From the NCBI GenBank assembly GCA_963771175.1, contig CAVYSY010000021.1, positions 160,001-224,000 on the forward strand: a stretch of 64,000 nucleotides of DNA, read 5' to 3'. Shown here in pieces: positions 50,667 to 63,371 of the stretch (position 1 is its first letter; each line of letters starts with the position of its first letter). Source of the stretch: an uncultured delta proteobacterium (GTDB lineage Bacteria > Myxococcota > Myxococcia > Myxococcales > Myxococcaceae). The notes beneath the pieces were generated by a model. The model was not told the origin of the DNA. It searched no databases and saw only the letters and a list, made by a program, of their open reading frames with translations. The position numbers were made by a program, and so were the translations under genes.

Positions 50667-52316
50667 ATGAAGCCACTGGTGGAAGAGACGGACGTGCTCA
50701 TCGTCGGCTGCGGCCCGGTGGGTGCGCTCACAGCCAACCTCCTGGGTCTGTACGGGGTTCGCACGCTCGTCCTCGAGCGAGAACTCACCCAGCACAGCCA
50801 GCCTCGCGCCATCACCTGTGACGACGAGGCCATGCGCATCTACCAGGCCGTGGGTCTCGCCGACGTCCTCGAACCCCACATGTACACCGCCCCCGAGGTG
50901 GAGTTCACCGGCACCACCGGCGAGCTCTTCGCCCGCATCACCGTCCAGGGGCTCGACTTCGGCTACGGCTTCCCCGTCCTCCGCTTCTTCAGCCAGCCCT
51001 ACCTCGAGACCGTGCTGCGCCAGGGGCTCTCTCGCTTCCCCCACGTCGAGCTGCGGCTCGGCCAGCACGTCGAGGCCTACACCCAGGACGCCCAGGGCAT
51101 CTCCGTCACCGTCCGCGATGTCCGCGACAACAGCGAGCGCACCGTGCGCGCCCGCTATGTCCTGGCCTGCGACGGTGGTCGCAGCATCCTGCGCCAGCTC
51201 GCCGGAATCGAAATGGTGGGCGCCACCTACGACGAGGGAATGATTGCCATCTCCCTCCGCCTTCCCGAGCCGCCTCCGCCCCTGTGCCGCATGGTGTGCG
51301 ACCCCTTCCGCCACATCTTCGTCGCCCGCTGCGCCGACAACGAGATGCGCATCGAGTGCATGATTCGCGAGGACGAGAAGCCCGAGGACCTGCTCCGGCC
51401 CGAGTGCCTCCGTGAGTTCATCTCCCCCTACGTGGATCCGGACCGCGCCACCATCCTCCGCGCCGCCGCCTACATCTTCAACCGCCGCCTGGCCTCGCGC
51501 TGGCGCGACGGGCGGCTCTTCCTCCTTGGCGACGCCGCCCACCTCATGCCGCCCGTCCTGGGCCAGGGGCTCTGCTCCGGCCTGCGCGATGCCCACAACC
51601 TCGCCTGGAAGCTGGCGGCCGTCCTTCGCGGCCAGGCCGACGAGCCGCTCCTCGACACCTATGAGCTGGAGCGCCGCCCCCACGCCCAGGCGATGCTCGA
51701 CGCCAGCGTGAACATGGGCCGCATCGTCCTCACTGGCGTCCGCCCGATCGCCGTCCTGCGCGACCACCTCATCCGGGCGATCGACCGCATCCCGCGCGTG
51801 CATCGCTTCATCCAGAACTTCGAGTTCAAGCCCCGGCCTCTCATCGCCCGCGGTTTCATGTTGGGGGGCTCCCGCGGCCACCGCCAGGCTCCCGAGGGGA
51901 CGTACTTCCCCCAGCCTCGCGTGGGCGCGCCGGGCGGCGGCGTGGTGCGGCTCGATGAGCTCCTGGGTCCCGGCTTCGCGGTGCTCGTCCACCCCCACAC
52001 CCGCGAGGTCTCCCTCCGCGCCGCCCAGGCGCTCGCCGAGAGCCTCGGTGCCCGCTGCCTGCGCATCATCCCGCCGCGCTCCGGTCAGGCCCATCCCGGC
52101 GAGGTGGTGGATCTCGAGGGCAAGCTCGACGCGTGGTTCCGCGAGCACCGGGTGGAGATCGCCGTCCTCCGTCCGGACCGCTACCTCTTCGGCGCGGTGC
52201 GGGGCTCGCACCTCGCCTGGCTCGCCGCGGCACTGCGGGGGTGGATCCACTCGCCCCTCCGTCTGGAGGCGACCGACTTCGAGTCCGGTGGTGCGTTCAG
52301 CTCCCCGGCGGTCTGA
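50667..52316 (+). CDS. FAD-dependent aromatic monooxygenase (MhpA-like)
   Basis: GCGPVG, ACDGGRS, LLGDAAHLMPP.LGQG, RDAHNLAWKL, LRPDRY. Confidence 0.9.
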   Translation: MKPLVEETDVLIVGCGPVGALTANLLGLYGVRTLVLERELTQHSQPRAITCDDEAMRIYQAVGLADVLEPHMYTAPEVEFTGTTGELFARITVQGLDFGYGFPVLRFFSQPYLETVLRQGLSRFPHVELRLGQHVEAYTQDAQGISVTVRDVRDNSERTVRARYVLACDGGRSILRQLAGIEMVGATYDEGMIAISLRLPEPPPPLCRMVCDPFRHIFVARCADNEMRIECMIREDEKPEDLLRPECLREFISPYVDPDRATILRAAAYIFNRRLASRWRDGRLFLLGDAAHLMPPVLGQGLCSGLRDAHNLAWKLAAVLRGQADEPLLDTYELERRPHAQAMLDASVNMGRIVLTGVRPIAVLRDHLIRAIDRIPRVHRFIQNFEFKPRPLIARGFMLGGSRGHRQAPEGTYFPQPRVGAPGGGVVRLDELLGPGFAVLVHPHTREVSLRAAQALAESLGARCLRIIPPRSGQAHPGEVVDLEGKLDAWFREHRVEIAVLRPDRYLFGAVRGSHLAWLAAALRGWIHSPLRLEATDFESGGAFSSPAV

Positions 52317-52391
52317 GGGCGGGGCGAGCCCTCGGGGGAATATCCAGGTGCTCCACCCGTTGGGTGGGGCCTTCGAGCCAAGGGAGTGCGG

Positions 52392-53798
52392 ATGCTCAGA
52401 CAGAAGTTGCTCGTCACGGGATTGGTGCTGCTGGCGGGGACGGCCGCGTGTGCCCAGGGTCGGTCCGCGCGGGCCGAGACGGCCATCGCCACCGCCGCGT
52501 CCAAGCCCGGCGCGGACGTGCGGACGAAGACGCTGAAGAACGGCTTGAAGGTCATCGTCTGGCCGGACCACGGACATCCCCAACGTCGCGCTCTACAACT
52601 GGTTCCGCGTGGGCAGCCGCAACGAGCGCCCCGGCATCACCGGGCTCTCCCACTTCTTCGAGCACATGATGTTCAACGGCGCGAAGAAGTACGGCCCCGG
52701 GCGAGTTCGACCGCGTGCATGGAGGCCGCACGGCGGCCGCAACAACGCCTACACCACCGAGGACGTCACCGTGTACCAGGACTGGTTCCCGCGCTCGGCG
52801 CTGGAGACCGTCTTCGACCTGGAGGCGGACCGCATCGGCCACCTCGCCATCGACCCCAAGGTCGTGGAGAGCGAGCGCGGCGTCGTCTACTCGGAGCGCC
52901 GCTCCACCGTGGACAACGACAACACGCGGCCTGCTCATGGAGCAGGTGCAGGCCACCGCCTTCGTCGCGCACCCCTACCAGATTCCCGGTCATCGGCTGG
53001 CCCAGCGACATCGAGCGCTGGACGCAGGAGGACCTCGAGAGCGCTACTTCCGCACCTACTACGCGCCCAACAACGCCACGCTCATCGTGGCGGGCGCCGT
53101 GACGCCCGAGGAGATCTTCGCGCTCGCGGAGAAGTACCTCGAGCCCATCCCCGCGCAGCCCGCCGCCCGAGCCGGTGCGCACCGTGGAGCCGCCGCAGCA
53201 GGGCGAGCGCCGCGTCGTGGTGCGCAAGGCGGCGCAGGCGCCGCTGCTGCAGATGGCCTTCCACGGCCTCAAGGCGCAGTGACGTGGACGCCGACGCGCT
53301 CGACCTGCTGGTGCGCATCCTCACGGACGGAGACTCCTCTCGCCTGCACCGCGCGGCTGGTGGAGGAGACGCAGGTGGCCATCAGCGTGCGCGGCGTACC
53401 TGGACGCGGGCTTCGACCCCTCGCTCACCTGGATGCTGGTGGACCTGCCGCCCGGGGGCGACCTGGGCAAGGCGGAGTCGCTGCTCGACGAGGAGCTGGC
53501 GAAGGTGGTGTCCAGGAGGGCGTCACCGACGCGGAGCTGCGCAAGGCGAAGAACATCGTCGTGGCGGACTTCTGGCGCCACCTGGAGACCAACAGCGGCC
53601 GCGCGCAGGCGCTGGGCACCTACGAGGTGTTCCACGGCGACTGGACAGAAGCTCTTCGACGCCCCCGCCCGCTACGAGGCGGTGACGCGCGAGCAGGTGC
53701 AGAAGGTGGCCGCGAGGTGTTCTCGCGCGAACAACCGCACGGTGGGCGTGCTGGTGCCCGAGGCTGGCGACGAGGCGAAGAAGGAGGCGGCGCGATGA
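52392..53798 (+). CDS. M16 zinc protease, catalytic subunit; multiple frameshifts
   Basis: [28 protein letters not shown] (HxxEH), NAYTTED. Confidence 0.85.
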
Positions 53799-55271
53799 AG
53801 GGACTCACGGGGAAGGCGGCGCTCGCGGCGCTGCTGGTGGCCTCCAGCGCGGGAGCCGAGGCGGCGAAGGCCAGTCGCCCGGCGGCGCAGCAGGTGAAGC
53901 AGGCCGCGGTGGTGGACGCGGTGACGCTGCCCAGGGCCACGGTGGTGGAGCTGAAGAACGGCGCGAAGCTGCTCCTGGTGGAGAAGCACGAGGTGCCGCT
54001 GGTGGCCTTCAGCGCGCGGGTGCGCGGCGGGCTCGCTCGGCGACCCCGAGGGCAAGGAGGGCGTGGCCGCGCTCACCGCCGAGCTGCTCCAGAAGGGCGC
54101 CGGCTCGCGCAATGCCGACCAGTTCGCCGAGGCGGTGGACAGCGTGGGCGGCATGCTGGAGGTGCCCGCGGGTCGCGAGTCGCTGCTGCGTGCAGCGGGC
54201 AGTTCATGGCGCGGGACACGGCGCTGATGGTGGAGCTGCTCTCGGACCTGCTGCAGCGCCCGCGCTTCGAGCCGGCGGAGCTGGACAAGACGCGCGCGCG
54301 CATGGTGTCGGAGCTCGCGGCGGAGAAGGACGGCGACCTGCGCGGCGTCGTCGGCACCTACTTCAACGCCTTCCACTTCGGGGCGCACCCGTACGCGCGC
54401 CCGGTGGCCGGCAGCGAGGCGTCGCTCGCCACCCTCAAGCGCGAGGACGTGCTGGCGTACGCGCAAGGCGCAGCTGGGGGGGACCGGCTCATCCTCTCCG
54501 TGGTGGGCGACTTCGACGCGAAGAAGCTCGCGAAGCAGCTCGAGGCGGCGCTCGGTGGCTGGGGGCGCGCGGCCGCTGCCGGCCCCGGTGGCTTCGCCTC
54601 ACCGCAGTCGCTGAAGGGTCGGCGCGTGCTGCTGGTGGACAAGCCGGACGCCACGCAGACGTACTTCTGGGTCGGCAACACCGGCATCTCGCGCACGGAC
54701 CCCGCTCGCGTGGACGTGGAGCTGGCCAACACGGTGTTCGGCGGCCGCTTCACCTCGCTGCTCAACACCGCGCTGCGCGTGAAGTCCGGCCTCACCTACG
54801 GCGCCGGTTCGCTGGTGATGCGCGAGACGCAGCCGGGGCCCGTTCGCCATCTCCTCGTACACGAAGACGGAGTCCACCGCGCAGGCCCTGGACCTGGCGC
54901 TCGACATCCTCGAGGGCTACCGCCAGCAGGGGATGGACGACGCCACGCTCGCCTCCGCCAAGGAGTACGTGCTGGGCCAGTTCCCCCCCACGCTGGAGAC
55001 GGGCCTGCAGCTCGCCGCGAAGCTGTCCGAGCTCGCCTTCTACGGGCTGGACGCGAGCGACGTGGACGGCTTCGCCGCGAAGGTGACCGGCGCGGACAAG
55101 GCGCGCATCCAGGCCGCCATCCAGCGCGTGCTGCCCTCGCGCGAGGACCTGACCGTGGTGCTCATCGGCAAGGCCTCGGCCATCCGCGAGGTGGCGCGCA
55201 AGTACGGCACCGTCACGGAGATGAGCATCACCGACCCGCACTTCGCTCCCGCGCCAAAGCCGGGCCGCTGA
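53795..55271 (+). CDS. M16 protease, non-catalytic partner subunit; multiple frameshifts
   Basis: [11 protein letters not shown], no Hxx[24 protein letters not shown]. Confidence 0.82.
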
Positions 55272-55292
55272 AGGCGGGGGCTTCCCGGCCCG

Positions 55293-56543
55293 CTACTTCG
55301 GAAGCGCGGAGTAGCGGGCCATGCACTTCTGGAAGCGCTTGTTCACCGACTGCGCGAACCACGCGGTGGACTTCTCCCCGCTGATTTTCGGGCTGCGGAT
55401 GACCACGGTGGGGAGCTGCGCGTACGCCGGGGCCTCGCCCGTCACCTCCTGGTACGTGCGTTTGATGGCCTCCCAGGTGTCCGTCTCCTCGAAGGCGAGC
55501 TCCTTCTCCTGCAACACGTCCTTGCGTACCCGCCGCTCGCTCAGGTCCGACGCGTACCGTTGCCGGAAGGCCAGGAGCGCCTTGAGCGAGTTGCTGTCCT
55601 CGTCCACCGGCTCGCCCTGCTTGTCGTAGGCGAGCAGGTCCCCATCCGGCACCAGCTTGATGCCCGTGAGGCGGCTCACCTGCTGTTGCACCGCCGCGTT
55701 GCGCGAGGCGTAGAAGCCCGCGTTGTAGTCCGCGAAGCGGTAGAGGGGCTCGCTGTAGTGGGCCTCGTAGCCGAGCAGCCGCGCCGTGCCGTAGTACACC
55801 CCGCCGCCGCGCGTGTAGAGCTCCTCGCGCACCCGCCGCTCCGCCTGCTCGTCCCCGCCGGCCAGGTCCGCCGAGAAGCTCACGCTCACCTGCATGGAGC
55901 CGGCGGTGGTGATGGGGTTGAGGTCCTCCAGCCGCGTGGACTTGAAGAGCGAGCTCGCGAGCTGGGCCGCGATGTACGACTTCGGGTACTCCGTCTCGTA
56001 GTACTCCAGCAGCTCGCGGAAGATGCGGTCCAGGTCCCGCTCCGTCTTCACCAGCTTGAGCCGCTGCTCGAAGCTCTGCGTCTGGCCCGGCGCCTTGCCC
56101 TCGAGCAGGGCCCTCACCGCCGGAGGCCCGAGCGGGCCGAGCTTGTCCGCGTAGGCCTCCAGCCGCTGGTGGACGATGCGCGCCAGGCCCGGCACCGCAG
56201 GGTTGGCCTCGAAGCCGGACTCCTGCTCGATGACGGCCAGCACCGAGCACACCGCCTCGGGCGACGGGTACAGCCGGTGCGCCTCCAGCGCGGCCATTAC
56301 GTCCTCCGCCCAGCCCTCCCGGTCCTTCTCCTCCGGAGGCACGAGCTGCGCCGCCTGCTCCACGGTGACGCGCGGCGGGAGCGGGGGCTCGGGGCGGACG
56401 TGGCGCGGGGCGCAGGCGGCCAGCACCGAGAGCGCGCACACGGCCAGCACCCCCGCGCCCGTCCAATCCCGGAAAGAGGAGCGAAGTGACCACGAGAAAA
56501 CGTTTACAGCCCGTAAAACAGAAAAAGTCCTGAAAACCATCAT
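55293..56543 (-). CDS. DUF1615/YaiW-like lipoprotein; start uncertain
   Basis: Lipobox [52 protein letters not shown]. Confidence 0.85.
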   Translation of the reverse strand: MMVFRTFSVLRAVNVFSWSLRSSFRDWTGAGVLAVCALSVLAACAPRHVRPEPPLPPRVTVEQAAQLVPPEEKDREGWAEDVMAALEAHRLYPSPEAVCSVLAVIEQESGFEANPAVPGLARIVHQRLEAYADKLGPLGPPAVRALLEGKAPGQTQSFEQRLKLVKTERDLDRIFRELLEYYETEYPKSYIAAQLASSLFKSTRLEDLNPITTAGSMQVSVSFSADLAGGDEQAERRVREELYTRGGGVYYGTARLLGYEAHYSEPLYRFADYNAGFYASRNAAVQQQVSRLTGIKLVPDGDLLAYDKQGEPVDEDSNSLKALLAFRQRYASDLSERRVRKDVLQEKELAFEETDTWEAIKRTYQEVTGEAPAYAQLPTVVIRSPKISGEKSTAWFAQSVNKRFQKCMARYSALPK

Positions 56544-56620
56544 AGCCCCTTGATCGCCGGGTAGTTGGTGTGTCAAGAAACTCGCCTCTTCTTCAGAGGA
56601 GTATTGAATTGGCTAATCGC

Positions 56621-58840
56621 ATGTTCAGGACTCTGTGTGTGGCGTGGCTGGGCGCGAGCCTCGCCGCCTGCGGCTCGACGGTCGAGGTGAATGAGGAGGC
56701 CGTCCGCGCGGGTGAGAAGGACGTGGACATCCAGGCCGCCCTGGCGAAGTTCAAGGACGCGCGCGTGGTGGGTAGCGAGGCCGGCGTGCCCTACATGGTG
56801 ACGGGCAAGCTGGGCCGGCTGCCGGCGCTGAGCACCGTGAGCGAGCTGCGCGCGAAGGACGAGCTGCGCACGACGGCGGCGAGCATCTCGCCGGTGTTCC
56901 GGGTGAGCGGCGAGGAGGTGACGTTCAAGCGCGCCTCGACGGACTCGCGTGGCCACCAGTTCATGCGCTTCCAGCAGGTGCTCAACGGCCGGGAGGTGGT
57001 TGGCGGCGAGCTGCTGCTGCATGCGGACGCCGAGGGCAACGTGTACGCGGCCAACAGCTCGCTGCGCGAGGTTCAGGGCGCGGCCTCCCAGGCGCGGGTG
57101 GCGGCCGAGGCGGCGCAGCGCGCGGCCGTGGACGGCTCCGAGGCCCTCCGCGCCGAGGCGCAGGGCGCGGCCCGGCTGGTCTACGTCAAGCCCGACGGCC
57201 AGCAGCTTCGGCTGGCCTATGAGGTGCGCGTGACGGGCGAGCGCGCCGACGGTCTGCCGGTGGATGACCTGGTCTACGTCAGCGCCGACGACGGGCGGAC
57301 GCTGGCCACGCACTCGCGCATCCACACCGCGCAGAACCGGGCGGTGTACTCGGCCAACAACGGCACCAGCCTGCCGGGCACGCTCAAGCGCAGCGAGGGT
57401 GGCGCGGCCACCGGTGACACCCATGTGGACGACAACTACAACCACCTGGGCACCACCTACCAGTGCTACTCCGTGAACTTCGGCCGCGACTCCTACAACA
57501 ACGCGGGCGCGCAGCTGAAGAGCACGGTCCACTACAGCAGCAACTACGTCAACGCCTTCTGGAACGGCACCCAGATGGTGTACGGCGACGGCGATGGCGT
57601 GCAGTCCTCGCCGCTGGGCAAGTCGCTGGACGTGACGGTGCACGAGCTCACCCACGCGGTGACCAGCTCCGAGTCCAACCTCACCTACTCCAACGAGTCC
57701 GGCGCGCTCAACGAGGGCATGAGCGACATCTTCTCCGCCTACTGCGAGGCGTGGACGAAGGGCTGGGTCACCGACGCGGCGGTGTACATGATCGGCGACG
57801 ACATCTGGACGCCGGCCACCCCGGGTGACGCCCTGCGCTACATGGGCAACCCGACGCAGGACGGCTCGTCGAAGGACTACTACCCCGAGCGCTACACGGG
57901 CGCCTCCGACAACGGCGGCGTGCACTGGAACTCGGGCATCGCCAACCTGGCCTTCAAGCTGCTGAGCGAGGGTGGCACCCACCCGCGCTCCAAGACGACC
58001 ACCGTCGTGCCGGCCATCGGCATCCAGAAGGCGGGGAAGATTTTCTACGAGGCCAACGCCAACTGCATGACCTCGTCCTCGAACTTCGCGGCGGCGAAGA
58101 CCTGCACCGAGCAGAAGGCGCAGGCGTTCTACGGCGCGGCGGAGCTGGACGCGGTGACGAAGGCCTGGGAGGCCGTGGGCGTGGGCGTGGCCGTTCCGCC
58201 GCCGACCACCACCCCGCTGAGCAACGGCGTCGCGAAGACCGGCCTCGCCGGCTCCGCGGGCGCCAACGCGTACTACACGCTGCAGGTGCCGGCGGGTCAG
58301 GCCAGCCTGACGTTCGACATCACCGGTGGCACGGGTGACGCGGACATGTACGTGAAGTTCGGCTCGGCGCCGGACTCGGCCACCTACGACTGCCGCCCGT
58401 ACAAGAGTGGCAACGTGGAGAACTGCACCTTCACCAACCCGGCCGCGGGCACCTGGTACGTGATGCTCAACGCCTACTCGACCTACTCGGGCGTCTCCCT
58501 GACGGGCCTCTACAGCGGTGGCGGCACGGGTGGCGGCACTCCGACGACCGAGACGGCCAGCGGCAGCGTGGCCTCGGGCGCCACCGTCAACTACGGCGCG
58601 TACAGCGTGGTGGCTGGCACCCAGTTCAAGGTGGTGATGACGGGCTCGGGCGACCCGGACCTGTACGTCCGCTTCGGCGCGGCCCCCACCACCACCACCT
58701 ACAACTGCCGTCCGTACCTCTCGGGCGCCTCCGAGACGTGCGACCTGACGGTGCCCGCCGGCCAGAGCAGCGCGTACATCATGGTGCGCGGCTACACCGC
58801 GGCCACCTACAACCTGGCCATCAACTACACCAAGCCGTAG
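56621..58840 (+). CDS. M4 (thermolysin-like) metalloprotease with FTP/PepSY propeptide and two PPC domains
   Basis: NAFWNG, HELTH, GALNEGMSD, DNGGVHWNSG, GDADMYV and GDPDLYV PPC motifs. Confidence 0.94.
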   Translation: MFRTLCVAWLGASLAACGSTVEVNEEAVRAGEKDVDIQAALAKFKDARVVGSEAGVPYMVTGKLGRLPALSTVSELRAKDELRTTAASISPVFRVSGEEVTFKRASTDSRGHQFMRFQQVLNGREVVGGELLLHADAEGNVYAANSSLREVQGAASQARVAAEAAQRAAVDGSEALRAEAQGAARLVYVKPDGQQLRLAYEVRVTGERADGLPVDDLVYVSADDGRTLATHSRIHTAQNRAVYSANNGTSLPGTLKRSEGGAATGDTHVDDNYNHLGTTYQCYSVNFGRDSYNNAGAQLKSTVHYSSNYVNAFWNGTQMVYGDGDGVQSSPLGKSLDVTVHELTHAVTSSESNLTYSNESGALNEGMSDIFSAYCEAWTKGWVTDAAVYMIGDDIWTPATPGDALRYMGNPTQDGSSKDYYPERYTGASDNGGVHWNSGIANLAFKLLSEGGTHPRSKTTTVVPAIGIQKAGKIFYEANANCMTSSSNFAAAKTCTEQKAQAFYGAAELDAVTKAWEAVGVGVAVPPPTTTPLSNGVAKTGLAGSAGANAYYTLQVPAGQASLTFDITGGTGDADMYVKFGSAPDSATYDCRPYKSGNVENCTFTNPAAGTWYVMLNAYSTYSGVSLTGLYSGGGTGGGTPTTETASGSVASGATVNYGAYSVVAGTQFKVVMTGSGDPDLYVRFGAAPTTTTYNCRPYLSGASETCDLTVPAGQSSAYIMVRGYTAATYNLAINYTKP

Positions 58841-58863
58841 TCCCGACGGACAGGATGGGTTGA

Positions 58864-58899
58864 GCGGCGGGCGGTCCTCCTCGGGGGGCCGCCCGTCGT
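58864..58899. terminator. GC-rich hairpin between convergent genes
   Basis: GCGGCGGGCGGTCCTCC / GGGGGGCCGCCCGTCGT stem. Confidence 0.6.
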
Positions 58900-58914
58900 G
58901 CTTGCGGGGCCCGC

Positions 58915-59610
58915 CTACCGCCGCACCTCGATGTCGCGCGCGAGGCTCTCGCCGCCCCCCACCAGGTCGAACGAGGCGCGCACCGGCATGCCCTCGGAGA
59001 GGGTCCTCAGGGGGATGTGGCGACCCCGGCGCAGGCCCCGGCTGCGGCCGTCGATGCGCAGCTCGTAGACGTTGCCCTCGTCGTCGCTCACCTCGATGGT
59101 GCCGGGGCGCACGCGCTTCACCCGGCCGTCCACGGTGCCGGTGGCGATGGTGACCTGCTCGAGAGGCCGCACGGTGGCGCCACTCATGTCGCCCGCACGT
59201 GCCGCCGCGGCGGCCTCGCGGAACCACGCCTTGTCATCGTCCTGCGCGGAGGGGCGGGCGGGCTCGCGCTCCCAGGTGGCGGAGTCCGTCTCCAGCAGCC
59301 GCGAGGGAGGTGGCTCCTCGTCCGTTCCGCTCGCCCCGGCCGGTGGCTCGGGCGTCACGGGGGGCTCGGCGGCCTCGGGGCGGGCGGCCTCGGGCGCGGG
59401 GGCCTTCGGCTCCGGCATCGGCTCCGGTGGGTGGACGGTGGCGACGGGTTGGATGGGGGGTGCCTCGGAGGGAGCACAGGACTCCGTGGGCGTGGAGGTG
59501 TCACAGGCCGCACCTTCCGGCCCCGGCTTCTTGCATCCCGCCGAACAGAGGACACACCACCCCAGCAGCCCCAACCCCACGGCCCATTCTCGCCATCCTG
59601 CCCTCCCCAC
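58915..59610 (-). CDS. Hypothetical lipoprotein with Pro-rich linker and OB-like C-terminal domain
   Basis: SAGC lipobox; TLSEGMPVRASF OB-like strand pattern. Confidence 0.6.
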   Translation of the reverse strand: MGRAGWREWAVGLGLLGWCVLCSAGCKKPGPEGAACDTSTPTESCAPSEAPPIQPVATVHPPEPMPEPKAPAPEAARPEAAEPPVTPEPPAGASGTDEEPPPSRLLETDSATWEREPARPSAQDDDKAWFREAAAAARAGDMSGATVRPLEQVTIATGTVDGRVKRVRPGTIEVSDDEGNVYELRIDGRSRGLRRGRHIPLRTLSEGMPVRASFDLVGGGESLARDIEVRR

Positions 59611-59688
59611 ACTCGCCCAGGGGAAGGTGGGGCGTCAGGGCCAGCGCGGCAAGCCTCCCCCGGAGCCCCGTTCAGTGGTGGAGCTTCG

Positions 59689-60700
59689 CTAGCGTCCGGG
59701 GCCGCCAGAGCCCGGAGCACGCCAGCGCTGGAGCAACTCGCGTGCGCTGCCGCCGCGCTCCAGTCGGGCCTCCGTCACGCCGAGGTCCGGCCCCAGCTCC
59801 AGGACGAACGCGAGCGTCGGCTCGCCGCGCAGGTGGTAGCGCAGGTCTCCGATGCGCACCGTCCGTGCGTCCGTTCGCGCCGGGGGCCGAGGAGATGACG
59901 GGGAAGCGGGCCCAGGCGAGCGCCTCGTGCACGGTGGGCACGGCGCGCACGGTGGCGGGGAGCGCGTCCGGGGTGGGCCGGGGAAGGCGGCGCTCCTCAT
60001 GCGGGGGCTCGCCCGGGGACACCGTCCCGGCCACGTACTCGGAGGGGAGGACGGCCACGTAGCGCCAGGTGGTGAGCGAGAGCCATGCGGGGAAGACCTG
60101 CACCCGCTCCGCCAGGGGCCAGGCCTCGCGCACCCGGGAGGTCAGCGTCGCCTGGAGGACGCCGCGCAGGCCCACGTACGCGGCCGAGCACGCGAGCCCC
60201 ACGAGCAGGGCCCGCCTCCAGTGGACGCGGCGGCGCCAGGCCCACACCGCACCGGCGAGGAGGGGGAGGGTGACGAGCGGGTCCACCACCATCGTCCAGT
60301 CGAGCGTGAGGCGCTGGTCGGAGAAGGGGAGGAGGAGCCGGGTGCCCCAGCCGGTCCACAGGTCGGGCAGCAGGTGGGCCACGCCGAGCGCGAGCAGGCT
60401 GGAGAGGTAGACGGGAAGGAAGCGGGCGCGGCGGAAGACGAGCAGGGCGAGCCCGGTGGCGGCGAGGGCGACGACGGGCGCGAAGACGAGCGCGTGAGAC
60501 AGGCCGCGGTGGGCGCGCAGGGCGTGGTCGACGGAGTTGGCCGCCGGCAGGAGGGTGTCGAGGTCGGGCAGCTCGGCGGCGAGGACGGAGCCGAGGAGGA
60601 CGGCCTTGTCGGTGGGCGAGAGCGGGGAGCCTGCGGGAGAGTCGGGCCGGCGCAGCGCGCCGAGGGCGAGGCCCAGCAACCCGTGGGTGAGGTTGTCCAT
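59689..60700 (-). CDS. YdjM-like membrane metal-dependent hydrolase, frameshift near 59870
   Basis: MDNLTHGLLG, LPDLD, HRGLSHAL, HLLPD..TGWGTRLLLPF. Confidence 0.85.
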
Positions 60701-60704
60701 GGCG

Positions 60705-61517
60705 TCACGCTCCCAGGGCGCGAGCCACGGCCCGCACGTGTGTTTGGACGAGCTCCCGGGCCCGAGTGAGCTCCTCCAGGCGGGAGGGGACATACCCGAG
60801 GCACAGCACCACCTCGTCCTCGGGGGCGGCGCGCGCTCCGAGGGCGGCGTAGTCGAGGTTGCGCGAGACGGGCTCGCCCTCGGTGTCCGGGGTGAAGCGG
60901 CCGAAGACGGCGGCGTGGGTGCCCCGGTCGGGCGCGGTCTCCTTCAGGGCGAAGAGTTGGCGCACGGCCTCGAGCGCCGCGGGCCGGGCGGCGAGGGCCT
61001 CCGGGTCCACCGGCCCCGCGAGCTCCCACTCGAGCAGGCGCAGGCAGCCGCGGACGAACTCCACGTCGGTGAGGACGAGCCCGTACAGGTACCAGTCCGC
61101 GCACGCCGCCTGGACGAGCCGCGCCTGGGCGTCCGAGAGCCAGGTGAAGGAGGGGCAGGTGAAGGTCTCGCAGATGTCGGCGCGGTAGACGCCGCAGTCG
61201 CGCAGGTCCTCGCCGCCCGTCACCTTCGGGTGGCCGAGGCACCCCACGCGCGTGTGCTCCGCGTCGAGGAAGCCGAGCAGCGGACAGACGCGCACCGCGG
61301 GGAAGAGGGGAGGCGTGGCGTGGCGAGCCTCGAGCAGGGCCCGGGCCGCGCGCTGGTACGCCTCGGGCTGTTTGGGCAGCGGGCGGAAGGTGGCGGTCTG
61401 CTCGGCGAGGCGCTCGGTGAGCGTGGCGCGCGAGTGGTCGCGGAAGTTGTAGAGGCCGCAGCAGGCCCCACAGGAGGCGCCGCGGCCGGGCTGGCACAGG
61501 TGGAAGGAGACGGACAT
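60705..61517 (-). CDS. Cys-rich hypothetical protein (CxxCC; possible Fe-S or Zn binding)
   Basis: LCQPGRGASCGACCG...VCPLLG...VGCLGHP...DCGVYRADICETFTCP. Confidence 0.7.
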   Translation of the reverse strand: MSVSFHLCQPGRGASCGACCGLYNFRDHSRATLTERLAEQTATFRPLPKQPEAYQRAARALLEARHATPPLFPAVRVCPLLGFLDAEHTRVGCLGHPKVTGGEDLRDCGVYRADICETFTCPSFTWLSDAQARLVQAACADWYLYGLVLTDVEFVRGCLRLLEWELAGPVDPEALAARPAALEAVRQLFALKETAPDRGTHAAVFGRFTPDTEGEPVSRNLDYAALGARAAPEDEVVLCLGYVPSRLEELTRARELVQTHVRAVARALGA

Positions 61518-61518
61518 G

Positions 61519-63324
<1,806 letters not shown>

Positions 63325-63371
63325 GGGAGGAGTGATATCCCATGCCCGCGGGGCCGGAGTAGACATGAAGG

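Noticed and set aside
52392..55271. Pseudogenisation or programmed frameshifting of the M16 pair
   Set aside because: Motifs are intact, no slippery sites are evident, and the same indel pattern affects gyrA, so an artefact is more likely.
56573..59227. 884-aa minus-strand ORF
   Set aside because: Antisense shadow of the M4 protease.
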